Below are positions 17,501 through 25,783 of a DNA stretch of 43,160 bases, piece by piece. A program made the translations under genes and the position numbers. The DNA is from Acidimicrobiales bacterium (GTDB taxonomy: Bacteria > Actinomycetota > Acidimicrobiia > Acidimicrobiales > VFJN01): NCBI GenBank assembly GCA_035707385.1, contig DASSUD010000440.1, forward strand, positions 1 to 43,160, read 5' to 3'. The notes below the pieces were generated by a model. It saw nothing but the letters and a program-made list of their open reading frames with translations. It was not told the DNA's origin and did not search any database. How positions within the stretch are numbered: position 1 is the first letter of the stretch; the number at the start of each line of letters is the position of its first letter.

Positions 17501-18928
17501 TCAACGACCTGACACGGCGCGGTCGAGCGCCATCACCGCGTCGACGAAGCACGTCAGAGGCGCCTCCGCGACGCCGGCGCCGACCTGCCCGGCACCGGCC
17601 GACGCGTGGAGGACGCCGGTGGTGATCTTGGGCGTGATGCCCAGCTCGGCGACACGGCGCGCGTCAACGCCGAGGGGCGTGCCCCGGAGGTCGAGGAGGG
17701 GGATGCGCAGGCGGGTGCTGCGACCGGCGCAGACGAGGTCGAGCTCCTCGGTGGTCGCGCGCGCGTCGGCCATCGTCCCGCCGACGAAGGCGGCCACGGC
17801 CGGCGAGCCGGCGGCGGCCGCGGCGCCGAGGCCAACGAGCTCGAGCACCGCGCTGTCGCCGACGTCGGGCGCGGCGGCTTCGGGGCCGTAGTCCGCGTAG
17901 TACAGCGCCTGGCCGACGGCGGGTGCGGGCGCCAGATGCCAGCTCGGCGACCCGGCGAGGCCCACGGCGAACTCCGTGCCGTTGCGCGTCATGGTGGTGA
18001 CGATCGACGAGTGGGGGACGTCCATCGCCCAGCCGGTCAACGCCCGGGCCGCCGCCATCGCGACGTTCAGGAAGAAGAGGTGGTTGCCGGCCAGGAAGCG
18101 AGCGAGGTCGGTACGCCGCGGATCGTCGAGCCCCGCCAGATGGGGGAGCAGGTCGCGCAGCATCAGGTTGGTGCTCCCCTGCAGACGGATGTGCACGTCA
18201 TCGCCCATGTGCAGGCCCTGTGCCGCGATGTTCATGACGTCGAGGGGCCCGTGCGAGCGGACGGCGTCGTCGAGGAGCGGTCCGGCGACCGCAGCCAGGA
18301 ATCGCAGCCGGTCGATCGCGGCGCGCGTGTCGCGGCCGAACCATGCGGTGTCGCCCGGTCCCTGGTTCAGCGGCGCGAACGCACGGTTACCGCCGGCCGC
18401 GTTCTCGACGATCCAGACCGGCTGCGACGGCCCGAAGGCCGTGACCATGGGCACGCACGCGTCATGCCGGTTCGCCGGCTCGAGCCCGACCCGGCCGCCC
18501 GCGAGCAGCCGGTCGGCACTATCCGTCTCGTCGGCCCAGCCCTCGGCGACCACGGCGGCGCGCATCGAGCGGCGCAGGGGATCGATGGCGTCGGCATAGT
18601 CGATGGGTGGCCCGCAGTGGAGAAGTGTCGTGCCCTCGAAACCGGGCACGACATCTGCGGCGGTGCGGACGCCGACGGCGCGGGGGGCGCCGCTGTCGAG
18701 GCGCCTGAGGACCTCGGCGTTGGCCGCGTCCACCGCGGCGGACATCGGCCCGTAGAGGCGAGCCAGGGCAGCGACGACGTCGGGATCGCCCCCGCCGGGG
18801 ATCCGCCAGTCGACGTCGACCACCTCGAAGCCCTGCCGGGCGACCGCGTCCGCGAACAGCGACAGCCCGATGTTGACGACCCGTGCCCTCTCGGGCAGCG
18901 ACGGGGCGTCGTCGCCGCCGGTGGTCAC
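17501..18928 (-). CDS. DUF1116 family protein (YlbE-like)
   Basis: 475 aa. VNIGLSLFADAV..QG..VV.VDWRIPGGGD, LLHCGPPI, MVTAFGPSQPVWIVENAAGGN and AQGLHMGDDVH resemble the E. coli YlbE family. Confidence 0.75.
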   Translation of the reverse strand: MTTGGDDAPSLPERARVVNIGLSLFADAVARQGFEVVDVDWRIPGGGDPDVVAALARLYGPMSAAVDAANAEVLRRLDSGAPRAVGVRTAADVVPGFEGTTLLHCGPPIDYADAIDPLRRSMRAAVVAEGWADETDSADRLLAGGRVGLEPANRHDACVPMVTAFGPSQPVWIVENAAGGNRAFAPLNQGPGDTAWFGRDTRAAIDRLRFLAAVAGPLLDDAVRSHGPLDVMNIAAQGLHMGDDVHIRLQGSTNLMLRDLLPHLAGLDDPRRTDLARFLAGNHLFFLNVAMAAARALTGWAMDVPHSSIVTTMTRNGTEFAVGLAGSPSWHLAPAPAVGQALYYADYGPEAAAPDVGDSAVLELVGLGAAAAAGSPAVAAFVGGTMADARATTEELDLVCAGRSTRLRIPLLDLRGTPLGVDARRVAELGITPKITTGVLHASAGAGQVGAGVAEAPLTCFVDAVMALDRAVSGR

Positions 18929-20412
18929 TCCGATGGCTCCTCGATCACACGCCGGGCCTCGGCGACGAGGCTGTGCTCGGCGCGATCGATCGTGTCGAGG
19001 CGGTCTCGCGCCGCTCCCGCCAACGCGTCCGTGTCGGCGGCGGTGTCGGCGAGCATCGCCTCCATCGGTTCCGGCGCCGCGCCGCCCAACGCCACGCGCG
19101 TGGCGACGATCGCCGCCGGATCGAGGGCGTCGGCGAGCGTCGCGGCATCGATGGCGAGGGGCCGGCCGAGCTGCTCGACGGCGATCTCGTCGAGCAGCGT
19201 CGGGTTGAGGTCGCCGGCGGTGCCGCCGTCCGCGGCGAGACGACGCACCGCGCTGCCGACGACCTGGTATGCGGTCCGGTAGTCGACTCCGCAGGCCACC
19301 ATCAGCTGCTCGGCGACGTCGGTCGCCTGGCTGAAGCCGGTCGCGAGCGCCTCGCGTAGCCGGGCCTCGTTCATGGTCAGGGTGGACACCACACCGGCCG
19401 TGAGCTCGGTCATGCGCCGGGCGTGGTCGAGGGCGCCGGGGATCTCACCGTAGGCGAAGATCAGATTGTCGCTCCGGGCGGAGGGGCTCTTCTGCACCGC
19501 CAGCACTCCGGCGACGTGCCCGATCAGCACGCCCGTCGTGCCCCGGATCACCGACAGCGCGTACGGGTTGCGCTTCTGCGGCATCAGCACGCTGGCGCGG
19601 GTGTACTCCTCGGCGAGCTCGGCGTAGTCGAACTCGGAGCTGGCCCAGATCTCCAGGTCCTCGGCGAGCGAGGTCTGCGTGAGGGCCAGGCTCGCGAGGG
19701 TCGATGCCAGCTGGACCAGGCCGTCGACCTGCCACATGGCGTCGCGGGTGTTGACGATCACCGACGCGAAGCCGAGCCGGGCGGCGACGGCGCCGCGGTC
19801 GCCCTGGAGCCGGGTGCCGTTGACGCAACCGGCGCCGGCAGGGCTGGCGTTGAGCCAGTCGAACACCTCGAGGAGCCGGTGGCCGTCGCGGATCACGGGA
19901 TAGGCGAACGACAGCAGGTAGTGCCCGACGGTCGAGGGTTGGGCGTGCTGGAGGTAGGTCTGGTCGGCGAACAGCGTGTCCCGGTACTGGCCTGCCCGGT
20001 CCGTGAGCGCCCGCGCCAACGCCGTCGCCGCGAGCACCAACTCCGCGGTGCGGCGCCGGAGGTGCAACCGGAAGGCCAGGCGGGTCGCCTCGCGCCGGGG
20101 ACGACCGGCGTGCAGCCATCCGGCCGTCGAGCCGATCTGCGCGGCGAACGCGCGCTCGCGGGAGTTGTACGGCTCGCCGTCCCGGGGGTCGTAGCCGATC
20201 GAGTCCATCGACGCGTCCAGGATCACCCGGAGCAGGGCCACCGCAGCGGGGCGGGGGATGATCCCGCGTTCGAGGAGGTCGAGCACATGGGCGACGTCGG
20301 CCTGGTTGAGCCCATCGTGGAGCGTGGCGGCTCCCCGTGACTCGTAGCCGAACCCGGCGCCGACGAGCTCCGGCGCCGGGCCCGGGGTGCTGGCGCCCCC
20401 CGGGCGGGTCAT
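18925..20412 (-). CDS. aspartase/fumarase-superfamily lyase, argininosuccinate-lyase-like paralogue
   Basis: 495 aa. TYLQHAQPSTVGH and the signature loop ASVLMPQKRNPYA (canonical is GSSxMPQKKNP). The start ATG overlaps the upstream stop (ATGA at 20409-20412). Confidence 0.85.
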   Translation of the reverse strand: MTRPGGASTPGPAPELVGAGFGYESRGAATLHDGLNQADVAHVLDLLERGIIPRPAAVALLRVILDASMDSIGYDPRDGEPYNSRERAFAAQIGSTAGWLHAGRPRREATRLAFRLHLRRRTAELVLAATALARALTDRAGQYRDTLFADQTYLQHAQPSTVGHYLLSFAYPVIRDGHRLLEVFDWLNASPAGAGCVNGTRLQGDRGAVAARLGFASVIVNTRDAMWQVDGLVQLASTLASLALTQTSLAEDLEIWASSEFDYAELAEEYTRASVLMPQKRNPYALSVIRGTTGVLIGHVAGVLAVQKSPSARSDNLIFAYGEIPGALDHARRMTELTAGVVSTLTMNEARLREALATGFSQATDVAEQLMVACGVDYRTAYQVVGSAVRRLAADGGTAGDLNPTLLDEIAVEQLGRPLAIDAATLADALDPAAIVATRVALGGAAPEPMEAMLADTAADTDALAGAARDRLDTIDRAEHSLVAEARRVIEEPSE

Positions 20413-21356
20413 CCGTGCCCGATCCCCATGGCCTCGCCGACGCAGCCCAGCCAGCCGCCGGTGTGCCACAGGACGAGCGGCCCGTCGAGCGACCCGAGGA
20501 CGGCGACCGCGCGGGCGACATACGTCGTGTCCGCCATGATGCCCTCGGTACGGAGGGCGAGGCGGGCTGCGTCGCACGTCGTCCGGTCGGCCCGGCCGAA
20601 GCCGGCGCCCAGGCCATCGAGCAGGCGCAGGCGACCGATGTCCGGACCACCAGCGCCCAGGGCGGTGGCCGCTTCGCAGGCCAGGCGGATCACTTCGCGG
20701 CGGGTCTCGGCCAGTGGGCGGCTCACGGCCACGCCGACGAGGGTGCCGGGGACGCCGGAGCCCGCCCACCCGGCGAGCAGCCCGGCGACCGTGCCGCCGG
20801 AGCCGACCGCCACCACCACGTGGGCCGGCCGGAACGTCAGCTGGGCGGCGAGCTCCTCTGCCGCGAGCGCGTACGCCGTCGCACCCACCCCGGAGGCGGC
20901 CCCGCGGGGCACGATGTACGGGTGGTGCCCGCGCCGGCGGAGCCGGTCGGCGGCCGCAGCCGCATGCTCGGGTGTGGACGCGCGACCGGGATCGCCGGTG
21001 AAGCGGACTTGGGCACCGAACATCCGCATCAGCGCGAGGTTCGGGTGGGGCGCCGCCGGCTCGCTGCCGTGCAGGACGAGGGTGCAGCGGAGCCCGGCCA
21101 CCGCGGCCGCGGCCGCCAGTGCCGAGCACAGGTTGGAGGCCGGCCCGCCGCAGCCCACGACGTGGTCGCACCGTTGGTCGATCGCCTCCGCCAGGAGCAC
21201 CTCCAGGACGCGCACCTTGTTGCCACCGAGCGCGAAGCCCGTCATGTCGTCGCGCTTGATCCAGACCTCGCGATCGAGCGCCGCGCTCAGCCGCGGGGCG
21301 TGAACGAGCGGCGTGGGGAGCACGGCCAGCGGCAAGCGCGTCGGCGGCGTCAGCAC
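20409..21356 (-). CDS. fold-type II PLP-dependent enzyme, D-cysteine desulfhydrase / ACC deaminase family
   Basis: 315 aa. IKRDDMTGFALGGNKVRVLE (PLP lysine motif), and a Gly-rich VVAVGSGGTVAGL phosphate-binding loop. Confidence 0.85.
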   Translation of the reverse strand: MLTPPTRLPLAVLPTPLVHAPRLSAALDREVWIKRDDMTGFALGGNKVRVLEVLLAEAIDQRCDHVVGCGGPASNLCSALAAAAAVAGLRCTLVLHGSEPAAPHPNLALMRMFGAQVRFTGDPGRASTPEHAAAAADRLRRRGHHPYIVPRGAASGVGATAYALAAEELAAQLTFRPAHVVVAVGSGGTVAGLLAGWAGSGVPGTLVGVAVSRPLAETRREVIRLACEAATALGAGGPDIGRLRLLDGLGAGFGRADRTTCDAARLALRTEGIMADTTYVARAVAVLGSLDGPLVLWHTGGWLGCVGEAMGIGHG

Positions 21357-22693
21357 GAGTCCTCCCCGAGGCGGCCGAGGACGGAGCGCACCGCGGCGGT
21401 GTCACCGGGAGCGATCGGGTCCGCGACCGCCGACTCCGCCTCGGCCCGGGTCATCAGGCCGGCTGCCTCGAGCGCGTCGGCCGCAGACCGACGGTCGCGC
21501 CCCGCTGCGCCGAGGGCGTCCCGGAGCGCAGCCTGGGCCCGGTGCTTGCCCAGGCGGCCGGAGAGCATGCCGAGGATCCGCTCGGACGCCAGCAGGCCCT
21601 CTGCCGCACCCACGTTCGCGCTCATCCGGTCGGCGTCGACTTCGAGCCCCTCGACACAGGTGATGGCGAGGCGCAGCGAGGCCGAGGTCAGGAGGCACAC
21701 CTCCGGGAGCGCCACCCACTCGGCCTTCCAGGCACGGCCGTCGCGCTCGTGGATCTGGACCTGGCCCTCCAGCAGCACCAGCGCGTGGGCGCGGGTGAGG
21801 CGGGCCAACGTGTCGAGGTGCTCGCTCGACTCCGGGTTCCGCTTGTGCGGCATCATGATGCTGCCGACGACGTCGACGGGGACCGCCTCCCGCAGCTCGC
21901 CGATCTCGGGTCGCTGCAGTTCCATCACCTCGTTGCCGACGCGTGCGAGCGTCCCGGTGATCCCGGTCATCACCGCGGCGAACTCGGAGATCCGGTCGCG
22001 GCTGGTGAACCACGCGATGCCCGGGTCCGCGAGGCCGAGCCGCTCCGCGAACCGGGCCCGCAGCGCTGGCCCGACCTCGCCGTAGAACCCGAGCGTGCCG
22101 ACCGCCCCGCCGAGCTGCACGGTCGACCAGCGGGGCCGGCCCTCGTGCAGGCGTTCCCGGTGACGCCCGAGCTCGTCGGCCCAGGTGGCGAGCTTGAACG
22201 CGAAGGAGATCGGTGCGCCGGGCTGGGCGTGGGTCCGGCCGGGCATCACGGTGCGCTCATGCCGGGCTGCGAGGCTGGTGACCGCCCCGACGAGCCGGCG
22301 CACGTCCCGGTCGAGGAGGTCACCGACGTCGCGCATCGTCAGAGCGAACCAGGTGTCGGTCAGATCCTGCACCGTTGCGCCGTAGTACACGTGCTCGGCG
22401 ACGTCGTCCGGCAGGATCCTCTGGAGCGCCCGGATCAGGCCCAGCGTGGAGTGCGCGGTGCGGCGGGTCTCCTCGGCCAGGTAGTCGAGGTCGAGGTTGT
22501 CGACCCGCGCCAGCTCGGCGATCGTCTCGGCCGACGACGGGGGAACCACGGCGAGGTCGGCTTGCGCCGCCGCCAACGCGACCAGGATGTCGAGCCACTG
22601 CTGCCAGCGCGCCCGTTCGTCGAACAGGGCGTGCGTCTCGTCGGTCGCCCACAGGTGCGCGTAGGCGGCGCTGTCGGTCAGGCGGGCACCCAT
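21350..22693 (-). CDS. aspartase/fumarase-superfamily lyase, adenylosuccinate lyase / carboxymuconate cycloisomerase-like paralogue
   Basis: 447 aa. GATVQDLTDT, MPGRTHAQPGAPISF, and the signature loop VGSIMMPHKRNPESSE (canonical is GSSAMPHKRNP). An alternative ATG lies at 22705. Confidence 0.85.
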   Translation of the reverse strand: MGARLTDSAAYAHLWATDETHALFDERARWQQWLDILVALAAAQADLAVVPPSSAETIAELARVDNLDLDYLAEETRRTAHSTLGLIRALQRILPDDVAEHVYYGATVQDLTDTWFALTMRDVGDLLDRDVRRLVGAVTSLAARHERTVMPGRTHAQPGAPISFAFKLATWADELGRHRERLHEGRPRWSTVQLGGAVGTLGFYGEVGPALRARFAERLGLADPGIAWFTSRDRISEFAAVMTGITGTLARVGNEVMELQRPEIGELREAVPVDVVGSIMMPHKRNPESSEHLDTLARLTRAHALVLLEGQVQIHERDGRAWKAEWVALPEVCLLTSASLRLAITCVEGLEVDADRMSANVGAAEGLLASERILGMLSGRLGKHRAQAALRDALGAAGRDRRSAADALEAAGLMTRAEAESAVADPIAPGDTAAVRSVLGRLGEDSC

Positions 22694-23547
22694 GCCGGGT
22701 CGCATCGACGTGCCAGCGTGGCGAGGGCCTGCCTGACCTGCTCGAGGCTCGCACCCCAGGGAACCACGGCGACGTCCCCGTCGATCTCGGTGTGGTCTTC
22801 GAGGAGGCAGCACTTGGTGAGCAGGGGCCCGGGTCCCGACGCCAGGGCCCTCGGGCAGGTATCGGGACCGGAGGCGCCGCGCCCGTAGAACCAGTGATGG
22901 AGCTGGCGGGACCGGGCGCACCCGAGCAGGGTCCAGTCACGGTCGGCGGGGCGCTCGTCGAGGTAGTGCACCTCCCGGTCCTCGAGCCGGATGCCCGCCC
23001 CGCGACACGGCAGCAACACCACGGCGGCATCCCCGGCGAGCGATTCCAGCTCGACCAGCTCGGGTTCGAGCACCATCGGTGGCAGGTCCTCGGCGAGGTC
23101 GAGGACCCGCTGCGCCTGGTCCAGCAGCTTGGGGGGATGCGGCGGCACCACCTCGTACACCCGGACCCGCACCGGGTCGGGATCGAGCAGGAAGCTCACG
23201 TGCGAGTACCGGCCCTCGACGACGACGGCTCGCGCCCCGGGTTGCCCGATGGCGACCTTCGCCAGTTGCGAGGGCACGCCCGTGTCGATGTCGGGAATGC
23301 GCAGGTATGCGGTCTCGGCCGGTAGCGCCAGCACCTCCACTGACGCAGCCGGCGAGAAGAGCGGTTCCGGGTCGGCAGGCTCGACGCCAACGAGGGCGGT
23401 GGCGTCGCCGTTGCGCACGACGATGTAGCGGGTGCGCCGGTAGCACTCCCGTCCCAGGAAGTGTTCGATCAGGCGGTCGGCCGTCAGCGGAACCTCGACC
23501 CGCGCGACCGAGACCTCCCGGTAGGCGCGTGGCCTCCGGTTCGTCAT
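22678..23547 (-). CDS. hypothetical protein (289 aa), operon-embedded orphan
   Basis: The ATG overlaps the ComA-like stop (ATGA at 23544-23547), and the 3' end overlaps the next start. Protein-like composition. No motif recognised. Confidence 0.6.
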   Translation of the reverse strand: MTNRRPRAYREVSVARVEVPLTADRLIEHFLGRECYRRTRYIVVRNGDATALVGVEPADPEPLFSPAASVEVLALPAETAYLRIPDIDTGVPSQLAKVAIGQPGARAVVVEGRYSHVSFLLDPDPVRVRVYEVVPPHPPKLLDQAQRVLDLAEDLPPMVLEPELVELESLAGDAAVVLLPCRGAGIRLEDREVHYLDERPADRDWTLLGCARSRQLHHWFYGRGASGPDTCPRALASGPGPLLTKCCLLEDHTEIDGDVAVVPWGASLEQVRQALATLARRCDPAWVPA

Positions 23548-24344
23548 GCGCTCGGAACTCCGCCCGCCTGCGTCCCGGACGCGACGGCGTGGAGGGCGAG
23601 CGTCGTGTCGGCCCGGAGGCCGAGCCGGAGCGCCTCCAGCCCCATCGCCTCGAGCGGCGCCACATTCGCCAGGTTGACGTCGGGGCCGATGCGGCGGATC
23701 AGCCACGCCTGCTGGTGCCGGTGGGGCGCCTCGAAGATGAGGTGGTGAGCGCCGACCCCGTCGACGAGGGCATCGACGACCTCGCCCCGGACCGAGCCGT
23801 CGGCCGCGTAGAGGCCGACCACGCCGCTCTCCCGTCCTTCGGTGAGCACTGCGGTGGCCCCGGCCTCCAGATCGGCACGCGCGAGCTCGACCCAGGTCCC
23901 CGGCGTGAGCACGGACGTCGGGTCCTTCCTCCCCACTTCGGAGACGACGGCGAACATGGAGGCCGCCCTGCGGATGAGGCCGGCCTTGGCGTCCTCTCCC
24001 AGGAGGCCGAGTCCATCGCTCACCTCGACCTGCGTGAACCCGCACTCGGCCGCCCAGTCGAGGCACTCCTCGGCGCAGCCCTGGAGGGCGGCGAGCTCGA
24101 GCAGCGTGCCTCCCGGGCAGCCGATGACGTCATGGCGCCGAAGGAGGCTGAGCTTGGCGTCGAGCGTGGCGTCGAGATAGGCGCTGCCCCAGCCGAACTT
24201 CCACACGTCGATGTGTGCGGCGGCCGAGTCCAGGATGGCGCGCACGTCCGGCAGGGGCAGGCCGGCGTCGATCACACAGGACAAGCCCTGGCGGCGAGGC
24301 TTGCGGGACCGGTCGGGCAGGCGTAGGAATGCCGCCGCAGGCAT
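23544..24344 (-). CDS. (2R)-phospho-3-sulfolactate synthase (ComA) family protein
   Basis: 266 aa. AFLRLPDRSRKPRRQGLSCVIDAGLPL...IDVWKFGWGSAYL...VEVSDG matches the ComA family N-terminal and barrel motifs. Confidence 0.8.
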   Translation of the reverse strand: MPAAAFLRLPDRSRKPRRQGLSCVIDAGLPLPDVRAILDSAAAHIDVWKFGWGSAYLDATLDAKLSLLRRHDVIGCPGGTLLELAALQGCAEECLDWAAECGFTQVEVSDGLGLLGEDAKAGLIRRAASMFAVVSEVGRKDPTSVLTPGTWVELARADLEAGATAVLTEGRESGVVGLYAADGSVRGEVVDALVDGVGAHHLIFEAPHRHQQAWLIRRIGPDVNLANVAPLEAMGLEALRLGLRADTTLALHAVASGTQAGGVPSA

Positions 24345-24372
24345 CGTTCCGGATACTAGAGGATCATTCACT

Positions 24373-25320
24373 ATGGTGCAGGCCCTTGCCGAGCTAGTGG
24401 AGGCGCTGCGCTCGTCGTCGGGCTGGCAGGCCAAGGCTGACATCGCCGTCGTGCGGGCCGTGCTCGGGGAGAGCGACTGGGTGCGCGGCCCCGGGGACGA
24501 CGGGGCGGCGGTACGGGTGGGCGGCGAAGAGGTGATCGCTTGCGGGGAGGCGATCCTGCCGGCGTTCGTCGAACACGATCCGTACGGCGCCGGGGTGGCG
24601 GCGGTGCTCACCAACGTGAACGACGTGGCCGCCATGGGCGCAGTCCCTCTCGCCATCGTCGACACCGTCGTGGGCCCGCACGAGACCTGCCGCGCCGTGC
24701 TGGAGGGGATGCATTTCGCGTCTGCGCTCTACGACGTGCCGGTCGTGGGCGGTCATCTGACGAAGAGCGCTGATCGCGTCGCGCTGTCGGCGTTCGCCCT
24801 CGGACGCTGCCCTGGCCGTCCCCTGTCGGCGACACGCGTCGCCCCCGGGCAGACGTTGGCGCTCGTCGTGTGCCTCGAGGGCAGGATGCGGCGCGACTTC
24901 CCGTTCTTCCCGTCGTTCGACGAGCGCGGGAGCAGGCTCGCCGGCGACGTGCGCCTGCTCGCGGACCTCGCGGCCGGCGGAGTCGTCGAGGCGGCCAAGG
25001 ACGTGAGCATGGCCGGGCTCTTCGGGTCGATGGCGATGTTGCTGGAGGCCACCCGCTGCGGGGCATCGATCCCGGTCGCGGCAGTCCCGGTACCCCCCGG
25101 GATCGACTTCGGCGCCTGGTCGCTGTGCTTCCCGTGCTTCGCGTTCCTGGTCACGATGGCGCCCGAGAACGAGGCCCGTTGCCGCGACGCCGTGGAGCGA
25201 CGCGGGCTGGCCTACGCGACGCTGGCCACCGTCGACGGGTCGGGCGTGCTCGAGCTGGTCGACGGAGGGGACGCGGCGATGCTCGTGGACCTGAACGCCG
25301 ACGGGATCACCGGGCTGTAG
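24373..25320 (+). CDS. AIR synthase-related protein (sll0787-like, PurM/ThiL/HypE superfamily)
   Basis: 315 aa. GDDGAAV...ACGEAI...DPYGAGVAAVLTNVNDVAAMGA...VVGGH pattern. GAGGA RBS 9 nt upstream of the ATG. Confidence 0.75.
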   Translation: MVQALAELVEALRSSSGWQAKADIAVVRAVLGESDWVRGPGDDGAAVRVGGEEVIACGEAILPAFVEHDPYGAGVAAVLTNVNDVAAMGAVPLAIVDTVVGPHETCRAVLEGMHFASALYDVPVVGGHLTKSADRVALSAFALGRCPGRPLSATRVAPGQTLALVVCLEGRMRRDFPFFPSFDERGSRLAGDVRLLADLAAGGVVEAAKDVSMAGLFGSMAMLLEATRCGASIPVAAVPVPPGIDFGAWSLCFPCFAFLVTMAPENEARCRDAVERRGLAYATLATVDGSGVLELVDGGDAAMLVDLNADGITGL

Positions 25321-25783
25321 CGGTCAGGTCGATCGCCATCGGGACGTGGGGCACGCCGACGTAGATCTCCCTCTCCCCGGATACCGACCAGCCCAGGCGT
25401 TCGAAGTAGGGGACGTTGCGGGGCTGGATGTGCGCCGTCATCAGGCGTCCGCCCCGGTTCGCTGCCGTCGCGACCGCGAACCGTACGAGCGGCGCGCCGA
25501 GGCCCCGGCCCCGAGTGCCGAGGAGGACGGCGAGCCGATCGCCCTGCCAGTGGCCGGCATCATCGAGAGGGTAGAGGCGCACCGCGCCGCCGGCGACGCC
25601 GTCGCGGAACCCGAGCACCCTGATCGTGGCCGCCTCGTCGTCCCGGCCATCTCGATCCGAGCCCTGGAACAGGCGCTGCTCCCGGACGAAGACCGCCTCG
25701 CGGATCCGGTGGTGCTCGGCCAGCGTCCAGGCGTCGTCGGCCACGCGGCACTCGACGGTGGTGCGGTGCAGGACGTCAGCCAC
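25307..25783 (-). CDS. GNAT N-acetyltransferase, MSMEG_0567/Sll0786-like
   Basis: 158 aa. HHRIREAVFVREQRLF, GAVRLYPL, GDRLAVL...RGRGLGAPLVRFAV (acetyl-CoA loop). The GTG start overlaps the radical SAM stop by 8 nt. Confidence 0.8.
   Translation of the reverse strand: MADVLHRTTVECRVADDAWTLAEHHRIREAVFVREQRLFQGSDRDGRDDEAATIRVLGFRDGVAGGAVRLYPLDDAGHWQGDRLAVLLGTRGRGLGAPLVRFAVATAANRGGRLMTAHIQPRNVPYFERLGWSVSGEREIYVGVPHVPMAIDLTATAR

Noticed and set aside
15413-21405. Very long N-terminal extensions of ORFs 15413-17425 and 18925-21405
   Set aside because: The recognisable proteins begin at internal starts (16741 and 20412) that coincide with RBS-like sequence or stop/start overlaps. The upstream parts are antisense or out-of-frame readings of neighbouring genes.
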